64,000 nt of DNA from Phaeosaccion multiseriatum (lineage: Eukaryota; Protista; Ochrophyta, other classes). Positions within the stretch are counted from its first letter, which is position 1, and each line of letters opens with the position of its first letter. The DNA lies in contig OZ218952.1 in assembly GCA_965112735.1 (NCBI GenBank), forward strand, positions 4,836,001 to 4,900,000, given 5' to 3'. The translations under genes and the position numbers were made by a program. The notes beneath the pieces are model-generated. The model was not told the DNA's origin. It did not search any database and saw only the letters and a program-made list of their open reading frames with translations. Of the stretch, positions 32,047 to 47,583 are shown piece after piece.

Positions 32047-32651
32047 CCTCCTCCTCGGGACGGCCAAGCACTCTCAAGATGGCCTCACAAGCTTTGCTTC
32101 CCCCTTCCCGACCCCGTCCTTCTGCTCCACCTAAGCAGAGGCCGGGATGCTCAGGCTTTCCCAGCAGGCACTGCGAATGGGAAGGGGGGTTATCTCTTTT
32201 GATCGGAGGGACTCATCGACTCAGGGGAAGATCCTCCAGATGGCAGCAAATGGCCATCCAAATGGCGAACGTTTCATCCCGGAGCGCGAGGGGGACAGCG
32301 ACAACTAGAGAGAGAGAGAGCCCCGAAACACACTAGGAGTTCCAGCAGTAGTATAAGTCTTCGAGGTCGGGTGGAGAAGATAAGGGAGAGAAAAAAGGAG
32401 AGAGGAGGGAGAAAAGAAGGAAGGGATGGAGGTGTGAAAGGGGACGCAGGCCCCGAGTAAATGAAGTGTAGCGCTCACTCTTGTGGACACCGAAACCGCA
32501 GTGAGAGCTCCAGTGGAGAAAGGAGGGGACCGAGAGCGAGCAACGGGGGGGGCAGCAGCGTAAGCCGCGGAATACAAACAAAGAGGAGGGACAAGGGCCG
32601 GATAGAGAGGCTCCTGCAGGCCCTTGCAGTCCACACGCGGCTCACTGCAGC

Positions 32652-35600
32652 ATGCCGAAAGTAAGCGGCAGCCGGAGTCACGGCTATGGCGGGGGCAAGG
32701 GGGGGAGGGGGGGTGACACAGCCTTCAAAGGCCGGGACCTCAAGGCCATCGATGAGATGCAGGCAACAGTCGGCGGGGCCGTGCCTTCCCGGACGAGCAT
32801 GCCGCAGCGGAAGACAAAGATCCGGACTAGAACGCTGGAGGAGTCGGCGAGGTTATCGGCCATGAGTAAGAGCAACCAGCTCAGCGAGGAGGTCATCGAA
32901 GGGTTGGACCGGCGGACATTGTGCGAGAGCATCTTGTCGGAGGGCTATGTACAGACTTTTGTGGACTTCTTCTACCTCACACATCGACCAGGCCCTATGC
33001 AATGTAAGCACCGGATCGACCAATCTAGACATGTTCCCCGCAAGGGCTTCGCCATGCCTTGGTTTCCCTCTCCCTCGTGTGTCTCGCTCTCGGCGCTCCA
33101 TCCGCGTCCGGCCCCAACCCGCATCTCTTCCCCGATCCTTAACACACCCCACTCCCAAAAACACGCCCCGCCTCATCCTCTCTTCGGCGGCTGCTGCTAC
33201 TGCTGCTACTGCCGCTGCCGCTGCCACTGCCACTGCCCCCACCGCCGGCCCCACCCCCCCCTCTTCCGCTGCGCACCCCCCCTCGTTCCGACAACCACCC
33301 AACCAACCAACCAACCAACCAACCGACCAACCAACCAACCCACCCACCAACCTAACTCACCTCACAACCCACCCAGACAACCTGCCGCTCGGCACGCTTC
33401 CAGTGGAGATCGAGGTGCCCCCGCGGGAGATGGTGCTCCTCAAAGACAACCTCATCGCAGCCGAGAGCGCTCGTCGCAGGGGCGACACCGCCCTCGTGTA
33501 CAGTGCCTACCACACCCTCGCGCAGCACTTTCAGGACATGCACGACCCCAAGACGGGCGTGTACTTTTACGAGAAGTGCCTGGAGATCTCGCGGCTCACA
33601 GCGGACAAGAAGGGAGAGATGAGCGCTAATCACAAGCTGGGCACCGTGTACGAACGGATGGTGCGTGCGTGCGTGTGTGTGTGTGTGCGTGTGTGTGTGT
33701 GTGTGTGCGCGCGTGGGCATGCGTGCCATTTTGTTCTTCTCCTTCTTCCCTCATGGCAGCGCTCTGAGTGTGTGTACTGATGCAAGCAAGAATCACTGAT
33801 GTCGGCTCCCGTGCCTCTCTCTCTCCTCTCTTCCCCTCCCCTGCTTGTCCCACCCCACCCTATATACACAGGGAGATGTGTCGGAGGCGACTCAATTCCA
33901 CGAGCGGCACGAGCAGCTTGCCCTCGAGCTCGACTCACAAGAGGACGTACAAGCCGCCAACGCTGAGCTCGTCAAGGTGCGTGCGTGAGTGCGTGAGTGC
34001 GAGAGTGCGTGAGTCAGCCCCTAAGAGCAAAAGAGGAACAGCCACTTCAGGCCAGTTAAAGCCAGTTAGGGATGGAGTCAGGCAGAAAGTAAGGAGAGAG
34101 CCCAGTCAGATCCAAGTCCGAGCCAGCCAGCTGCTGTGTCAGAGCCAGCCAGCCAGCTGCTGTGTAGGAGGTCTGACTCGTTCACGGCAGGGGTGTGAGG
34201 GGCGGGTCCAAGCAAGCGATCCACAGCACCGCCCTCCGTCCTTTCTTAGCCTCCAATGTTCCCTCCCAATGGGCCCACGCTGACTTCATCACGGTATTAC
34301 CGCCACCACGGAAGTCGTGTGAACAAAGCTGGCTTGACGACCAACGAACAACCCACTCTTCGCCCTTCTCCCTCCCCCCCCCCTCCCCAGATGTATCGGC
34401 GGATGGCAGTGGAGCGCGAGCAGCACGGAGACTTTGACGGAGCCATCTCCTGCTGGGGCCGCTCGCTGGGGGCCGCCAAGGCTGCCAAGGACCGTAAGGC
34501 AGAGGGGCACGCCTGCTACAGCCTGGGCAGAGCACATGTAGAGCTTAAAGACGCCGAAACCGCCATTCGATACCTCGTCAGCTTCGAGGTGGGTGGATGA
34601 TGTGTTTGTGGGCGTGTGGGTGCGTGTGGGTGCGTGCGTGTGCATGTGGGTGTGTGCGTGGCTGCGTGGGCGGGTGTGTGAGTGTGGGCTGGTGTGGTAC
34701 TGAGGAGGGCACGAGGGAGGGGATGAGGGGGCGCGGGGGTGAGGGGGAGGCGAAGGGAAGACAGAAAGTAGGGGAGGGAGGAGGAAGACCATGGACCTGC
34801 TCTGCCATGGACCTGCGCTGCCCGCTCTTGCCTCGGCCCGCGCTTCTCCGCTCACTCACTGCCCAATTTTCCCAATGCCCAATACCCGTATGGCCCCGTC
34901 TGCTTGCTCAGTCCATCTCCAAGGAGCTTGACGACCTCGAGGGACAGGGGCATGCCTTCGCAGCGCTGGCGTCTGCTCACCAGGTCAGTGAATGAGACAG
35001 GAAGCCCTCTCCTCTCCTCTCCTCTCCTCTCCTCTTCTCTTCTCTTCTCTTCTCTCCTCCCCTCTCCTCTCCTCTCCTCCCCTCTCCTCTCCTCTCCTCT
35101 CCTCTCCTCTCCTCTCCTCTCCTCTCCTCTCCTCTCCTCTCCTCTCCTCTCCTCTCCTCTCCTCTCCTCTCCTCTCCTCTCCTCTCCTCTCCTCTCCTCC
35201 CCTCTCCTCTCCTCTCCTCTCCTCTCCTCTCCTCTCCTCTCCTCTCCTCTCCTCTCCTCTCCTCTCCTCTCCTCTCCTCTCCTCTCCTCTCCTCTCCTCT
35301 CCTCTCCTCTCCTCGTCTCTCATCTCCTCTCCTCTCCTCTCCTCTTCTCTTCTCTCCTCTCCTCTCCTCTCCTCTCCTCTCCTCTCCTCTCCTCTCCTCT
35401 CCTCTCCTCTTCTCTCCTCTCTCTCCTCTCCTCTCCTCTCCTCTCCTCTCCTCTCCTCTCCTCTCCTCTCCTCTCCTCTCCTCTCCTCTCCTCTCCTCTC
35501 CTCTCCTCTCCTCTCCTCTCTCCTCTCCTCTCCTCTCCTCTCCTCTCCTCTCCTCTCCTCTCCTCTCCTCTCCTCTCCTCTCCTCTCCTCTCCTCTCCTC

Positions 35601-36695
35601 TCCTCTCCTCTCCTCTCCTCTCCTCTCTTCTCTCCTCTCCTCTCCTCTCCTCTCCTCTCCTCTCCTCTCCTCTCCTCTCCTCTCCTCCTCTCCTCTCCTC
35701 TCCTCTCCTCTCCTCTCCTCTCCTCTCCTCTCCTCTCCTCTCCTCTCCCTCTCCTCTCCTCTCCTCTCCTCTCCTCTCCTCTCCTCTCCTCTCCTCTCTC
35801 CCTCTCCTCTCCTCTCCTCTCCTCTCCTCTCCTCTCCTCTCCTCTCCTCTCCTCTCCTCTCCTCTCCTCTCCTCTCCTCTCTCTCCTCTCCTCTCCTCTC
35901 CTCTCTCCTCTCCTCTCCTCTCCTCTCCTCTCCTCTCCTCTCCTCTCCTCTCCTCTCCTCTCCTCTCCTCTCCTCTCCTCTCCTCTCCTATCCTCTCCCT
36001 TCCTCCCCCCCCGCGTCCCCCCCTCTTCCCCTCTCCCTCCTCATCCCCTCTCCTCTCCCTACCCCTCTCCTCCCTCTCCCACCCCCACTCTGCCTAACCA
36101 CAGGCCCTCGGTGACGACGGACAGGCCGAAGACTTCCTCCTGCAGCACCTAGAGGTGGCCACCAAGACACAGAACATGTCCGCACAAGCCAACGCCTGCA
36201 GCAACCTCGGCGTGCTGTACAGTCGGAGGCACGAGTACGAACGGGCCCGGGATATGCTCGCGCGCAATTACAGCATCACAAGGAAGATTGCACACGGTGC
36301 CGCTGCGGCAGCCGCGGCCAACGCCGCCGCCACCGCCTCTTCAGGCACCAAGGGCGGAGGAGGGGGAGGGGGAGGGGGAGGAGGAGGAGGAGGAGGAGGA
36401 GGAGGAGGGGGGGGGGCGGGGCAACCGGAGAGACTTGAGCGGCGCCAGCACTACTGGAGGGGCAGGAGGGGGGGCTGCTGGGGCTGCAGCAGGGGCGGGG
36501 GGGGGGAAGGACGGGGACGAGGAGGGGGAGGGCAGCATGACGGGAAGGGTGGACATGGCGAGGGCGGCGGTGGGGGTGGCAGTGGCGCACGAGATGCTCG
36601 ACAGTTACCTCCGGGCGGCGGTGGGGGATCTCGGGGCGCTGCTCGAGTGGAAGAGCGCCAGAGTCGTGCCCAAGCTGCACAAGGCCAAGCCGTAG
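32652..36695 (+). CDS. TTC29: Tetratricopeptide repeat protein 29-like (cilia-associated), about 6 exons; apparent frameshift in a G-run near 36406-36421
   Basis: Exons about 32652-33003, 33377-33660, 33872-33976, 34391-34588, 34912-34983, 36104-36695. Motifs ILSEGYVQTFVDFF, LIAAESARRRGD, YFYEKCL, TPR repeats, ACSNLGVLY, and C-terminal ARAAVGVAVAH...LLEWK. Confidence 0.8.
35006..36000. repeat. About 1-kb (CCTCT)n pentanucleotide satellite
   Basis: Almost pure polypyrimidine tract filling the last TTC29 intron. Confidence 0.98.
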
Positions 36696-37991
36696 CTAGG
36701 GCTACTTTATTGACTTATAGGAGTCACCTAAGCCGTGGGGCCGGAGGGCAAGCAAGGAGCGGTAAAGGAGAGAGAGAGGCCCGTGAGTGGTTGTGGACAT
36801 TTGTCCCTGTGGCTGCGATCAGCCATTGGACGGAAGGAAGGAAGGAAGGGAGGGGCTTCTGGAGTCTGTGGCGTGTGTTTGTACAGTAGGTCGGAAGGCT
36901 TGCTAATTGAAGCTGCGGTTACACGAAAAGGAAAAGGATGTGAAGGCGGTCGAAAGGCGGTGCAGTTGAAAGAGAGACAGCAGCGGCGCCACAGACGAAG
37001 CGAAGGAGAGGGCTTGCCTGTGCCCGCTGGCCTCACTCACTCACTCACTCACTCACTCACTGTGCCCGCTGGCCACAAGGCAGTCAGAGCAGCCCGCTGC
37101 TAACATTAATGCTGTGATATGTGCATTAATGCTATGGTATGTGCATTCATATTAATGCATTAATGCTGTGGTTTTCATCTTAATTTGGGCAGTCATTCAC
37201 CCGCCCGCCCTCTGCTCGCCCTCTGCCCGCCCTCTGCTGACGGACGAACGCACCAATGAAGGCCTCGCGCTTGTGCCCCATGCCGGTGTCCAGTGACGGG
37301 GTAAGTGTTGCGTACACCCATGGAGCAAGGCGGAGGGCCATTCGTAGCCGCGCCGCCTCTCTTCCTTCCTCTCTTCCTTCCACTTCTCTCCATGCACACA
37401 CCAATGAAAGGGTGACTCCGTTCATGTAAATGACACCTCTACCCTGCCCATGCCCTGCCCATACACCTCTACCCTACCCATGGGAAACAAGTGGGGGTGC
37501 GTGCGTGCCCCCTTTCTCCCTCCGTCTCCCTCCGTCCCCCCGTCCTCTTCTTCCCATCGTTCCCTTGAATCGTGCCACAGGCAACAACCAAGCCGAGGAC
37601 CGACAGCTCGTGGAACGAACCGACAGCTCTCTCTCTCTCGAGCGCTCTCCCCAAGAGAGTCTCCCTGCCTGCCCACACCCCCCCCCGTTCCTCTGTAGTG
37701 TAGCTCAACTTCACAGATGGCAGTCCATTCCCCCCCCCCGGTCGGGTCCTCACCGGTTGGTCATTCAGCTCATTCCCAGCACGCAATGGCCAATCCCCTA
37801 TACATGTATCCCCTACCCACCCCCTACCCACCCGAAAGCTCTCCGCGCACTGCTGGCGGTGGCATAAGTCATGATTCTGCCAATCCGCCTTGTAACGACT
37901 ACGATACCTGTCTGCAGATCTGATTCATCAACAGGGAGATATGATAACAGACTGGCAAAAAGGCGGCAGGCAGCAGCCCCCCCCGCGCCTT

Positions 37992-38743
37992 TCAGCCCCT
38001 GGCCGCCATAGCCTTTGCCGTGTAATTGAGCCCCACCCCCGCGTACTTCTCCTTTCGGCTCTTGGCATCCGCCTCATTCGCCTTGAGCTGCGCTTTTCGT
38101 TCACCCCAGTAGCTTTTCTTGCCCTCGCTGAAGGCCGCTTTCCGGATGGCTTCCTCCCTCTCCACCATGGCTGGCGAGGTTTGGTAACGATGCAGCACCT
38201 CTGTTAGAGCTGTGACCCAGCTGTCCCTCTCGCCGGAGCCCGCCGGAGCGTCCAGGAGCTCAATCTCCATGAGCTTGGAGGAGGCGCCTTTCACCAGGAT
38301 GGCACGCTCGCCAACAGGGGCGAACTGCGCGATGTCACTCAGCGGCATCTTCGGTACACAGGAGGGGGGAGGGGGCAAGGAAGAGAAAAATCAGAGGTAG
38401 GGGCTAGGGCAAGGGAGATTGATAGGGAAGAGGTAAGAGGGGAGGGCGTTGGATTCTGAACTGCACCTCTGGCAGAGCCATCTCTCTATCCCCAACCCGA
38501 TCCTGCTGAATGACCCCACAGTCTCACCGAGCCCGAACTTCCTGCGGCTTTGTCTGTCTCCTTCCAGTTGAGCGCATCCTCCGCCTCATTGAGTCTCAGA
38601 AACACTGTATCGGACAGGAAGATGGCCTTCTTTTTGCCGAAGCGGGCGCCTTCCTTCAGCTTTGCGAGGCGCGCTAACGCGTGTTTATCCAAACCTCCTC
38701 CTACTTCCTCCTCCTCCCAAAGGCAGGAGAGGAGCGAACCCAT
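37992..38743 (-). CDS. Small PH-domain-like protein with N-terminal acylation motif, 2 exons
   Basis: Exons 38743-38528 (TCG|GTGAGA) and 38348-37992 (gaag|ATG) join in frame. MGSLLSC N-terminus; VFLRLNEAEDALNW...MPLSDI...ERDSWVTALTEVL fits a PH fold, followed by a charged helix. Confidence 0.7.
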
Positions 38744-39648
38744 TTTGTTTTTTCTCCGTCTCTTCCTGCTTAGCCTCTGCGCTGCTCGTCTCTGCGGTTC
38801 ACAATTTCACACCACTTTCTCTAGAATCTGATCTGGAAGAGGTTCCTCCTTTCTCCGTCTCGTCGCCTGCTTCACCTCTACGTTGCTCGTCTCTGCGGTT
38901 CACACCGCAGCGGATCAACCTTCTCAGCAGCAGGCCATTTCCGTAGTACTGAAGTCGACTGGAGGAAGAGGAGGAGGAAGAAATGTTCTTGGATAAATCG
39001 ATAATCACTCCGGGCTCACCCTCTTCCACACGAGGTGGTAGTCCAAGTGTTCGCCGTCGTCGCCACCCACAAACACCCCTGAGGAAGCGAAGTTTGTTAC
39101 GTGAGAAGAGAGAGGTAAGGGTAAATGAGGCGGGAAGGGTGGGTTCCTCTGCTGTCTGTGGGTGCAAGCTTGTTCCGCTCACTCTACTCCTCTTTCTCGT
39201 GGAAGCTTGTTCTTCTGAAGCCGTTGTTCTCCTGAAGCCGGTGGTCAAAGTTACCGAGCACGGCCGCCCAACGCAGCAGCTGTTGTCAAGGCAGGCAATA
39301 GCGGGACGAAGACCGTTAGTTGTGGTCGGGAATAAGAGGCTTGGGCCGTGTGGGCGAGGGAAGAGTAGAGTGAGCGAAACGCAAAGGAATTTTCGTTGAT
39401 TGAAACAGCTTCCCCGTGTTTGTCTCTTGGCCCTTCCGCGAGCCTGCCCCGAAACAACACCTCGGCCCGCTTTGTACAAAGTGGCCGCGCAGAGATAATG
39501 TGTGTCCCCCGCCCCCCTCACACGTCCGCCTTGCCTTGCTTTCCCCCCTCCACTTTCTGCAGAACGACGTGTTCCTTTGGTTTGGTTTGCTGTGAGGAGA
39601 AGCCCCAACAAGTAGGTCAGCTCAAGTAAGTGCACTCGGGGCTCAAGG

Positions 39649-44667
<5,019 letters not shown>

Positions 44668-45989
44668 GCAGTATGGCAGTGAAAAAACGGGTGGGGAGTA
44701 AGTCAGCGAACAAGCCCCCCCCCCCCCCCCGCCGAGGAGGAGGGTGGACGCAAGAGGCGGAGTAGTGCATTGCCGAGCGGAGGGAGGAGGGGAGGAGGCT
44801 GGACACTGATCACTGATACTGATCACTGCAGTAGAGCGGTGGCTGCTGCTGTATCACCAAGTGCTGCTGCTGGGCTCTCGTTTCAATCTCTCTCCTTGTT
44901 CAGCAGTGTAACGAGTAGCTTTGAGCCTGGCTCTAAATTGCCCTAAAGAAGAATCAAGTAAAGCACATACTACTGAAGTCCCTTCATTCCCACAGTTTCC
45001 ACCCCCTCTTCTCTCCCTTCTCTTTTCACTTTGTACTCACTCTGCCGAACGACTTTGCAAAGGCCCCCTTGTGACTCAATTGATGCATTATTACTGTTAA
45101 AAAGCGTTTCAGAAGCAGTCTCCTGCTGTGTTCCTCCTACACGTGTAATGGTCTGCTGTGCTGCGGCGAGAGAGCATGTACATGAGCTTGTACATGAGCA
45201 TGTACATGAGCTTGTACATGTACAAGGTGGAAGGCGCCTCTCTACGAGAAGGACCACAACGGTACGGTAGGTAGTGAGGACGGCCGCACCCCCGGGGGGC
45301 TGCCCATGCGAGGCCCAGAGGCACAGAGGTGAAGGAGGTGATTGGGTGTCAGAAGCGGGTACCCCAAGCAGGCGCAGAGTCACCCCCCTAAGCTCGCCTT
45401 GCACTGGGGACGACGCATCCAGTCAGGGCCCTGCCGGCTCCTCCCTCTCCTCCTCCTGCCGCTGCTGCTGCTACTCCCTCTCCTCCTCCTGCTGCTGCTG
45501 CTCCTCCTCCCTCTCCTCCTCCTCCTCCTCCTGCTGCTCCTCCTCCTCCTCTTGCTGCTGCTCCTCCTCCTCCTGCTGCTCCTCCTCCTCTTGCTGCTGC
45601 TGCTGCTCCTGCTGCTCAGTCTTTGGTGCATGTGGCAGGAGAGGGCTGCACTGTGAGGGCCAAAACCAAAACAGACCCAACGCAATGCGTGTAACGCCCG
45701 TCTTTGCGGCAGACCTCTCGGGGGGGGGGGGGCTGAGGCAAACAGACTTAAGGCTGTTCACAGACCTCTCGGGCTGTGGCAGAGAGACTTAAGAGACTTG
45801 CGGCAGACCTCTCGGGGGGGGCTGAGGCAAATAGACTTAAGGCTGCCTCGCTGCGCATCCGCTTCCAGGAGAGAGAGAGAGAGAGAGAGAGAGGGGGGAG
45901 GGAGGGGGCCAAGAACTACTCCCTCACCTACCTCCCCTCCCCCCGGCCTCCCTCGCCACTGAGCGGCCGGCCTGCACACCTCCCACCTC

Positions 45990-46643
45990 TCACACAGGGG
46001 CCCTCTGGCCTCTGCGAGACCTGCCGGCGATCTTGTCCACCACCTGCGTCACGCCGGGCAGGTTGAGAAAGTCTCCGAGGATAGGCGTGGTGCGCATGGC
46101 GTCCACGGCAATGGGTATGAAGGGCCCAAACAGGTTTAGGAAGCCGAGGGACTGCAGCACCATGCCTACCACGGCCCAGCGGGCGATGACCAGCATAATG
46201 CCGCCGAAGAAGAAGGCGTTGGCTCGGAGGGGTTTCCTTCGGAAGAAGCCCACCGTGCGCTGCGGGCCTATGGTGAGCGTTATACCCGTCACAATGAGGA
46301 TGTCGCCTGAGGGAGGGCCGCGGCAGGGCAGTGGGGCAGGGACAGGGACATACAGCAAAGGGTTGGCGACGATGAGAGCGGGGAGGGAAGGTGGCGCCTA
46401 CAAGACTTCTTCAGACGGACGCCAGTGTGAGAAACGAGGAACTTCTGAGCGGAAGTAAGTCTCTGCCTCCCACCCGCATCCGCCCCCTCCTCGCTCAGAC
46501 GCGGAGCCGTTGATCCACGTGGAGAGAAGTCACTCACCTATGGCGAGTAGTCCCGAGTCGAAGAACATCATCACTCCGAGGAAGAGGAATACAAAGCCCA
46601 GCACGAGCAGGCCCGTACCTATTTTCCTATTGTCGGACACCAT
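45990..46643 (-). CDS. GOT1: Got1/Sft2-family vesicle transport protein GOT1, 2 exons
   Basis: Exons 46643-46538 and 46306-45990: [57 protein letters not shown]...GFLNLFGPFIP. Confidence 0.93.
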
Positions 46644-46946
46644 CTTTCCGTGTCTGTTGTTCCCTGTCTGCTCCCTGTCTGCAGCTCAAGTCTGACCAGT
46701 CGGATGCCTCAGTTGGGGACGCGCTCGAGTGAGGAGCTATGAGCCCCCGCTTCAGCCCACCAGATGTGGAGGAGAGTCGACAGATACCCTCCCTTCTTCC
46801 CGTTCTCTTCCTCTTTCTCTTCTCCTTCCCTCTCCTCTCTCTGTTCCGCTCTCGCCCTCTCTGCCGCGGTGGTTGTCCCTCTCACCTTGCCTTTGCGAGT
46901 TAGCACAAAAGATATATCTCTGAAGCGCTCTTTCGCCTATTGCACT

Positions 46947-46987
<41 letters not shown>

Positions 46988-47181
46988 GAAGGAGAAGGGT
47001 ACGAGAAGAGGGAGGAAAAAAAAAGGGGTTTCCGGTTCGTGACTTTTGACATCGACTTTTTATTTTTTCTTTCCATGCCCCCTCTTTTCCTCCTCTTTTC
47101 CTTCCCTTGGACGGTGTCCCAGATGCCGTAAAGTAGCGGAGCGGCCGAAGGAGCGCCAGATACAGGTAGAGGGATACCACC

Positions 47182-47548
47182 ATGCCGCTCCCGATCCCTC
47201 CGCCCACCCTGGAGCCTTCCTCCGTGGAGGTATCAGAGGACACGCCCTTCTTCCAGGAGTTCCACAAGTCCTTCAGCGAGGCGCACCTGCATCTCACGCT
47301 GAGGAGGCTCAACGATCTATGCGTGGTGGAGGCGCTCCAGAGGACCATGTATGGCTTCAAGGGCGTCGCGGAGAAGGTGAGCAGGGAAATGCCCTATCCC
47401 TCTCCCCTCCCTCTCTTGCCTCTCTCCCTCCCTCTCTCTGTCTCTCTCTCTCGCCCTCTCTCTCTCCCTCTCTCTATCCCTCTCCCCTCCCTCTCTTGCC
47501 TCTCTCCCTCCCTCTCTCTGTCTCTCTCTCTCGCCCTCTCTCTCTCCC

Positions 47549-47583
<35 letters not shown>

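Noticed and set aside
34904-36152. ORFs of (SSPLL)n
   Set aside because: Translation of the intronic (CCTCT)n satellite.
38799-39635. 278-aa and 138-aa ORFs between the PH-like gene and RPT4
   Set aside because: No recognisable domain; probably promoter and 5' UTR sequence.
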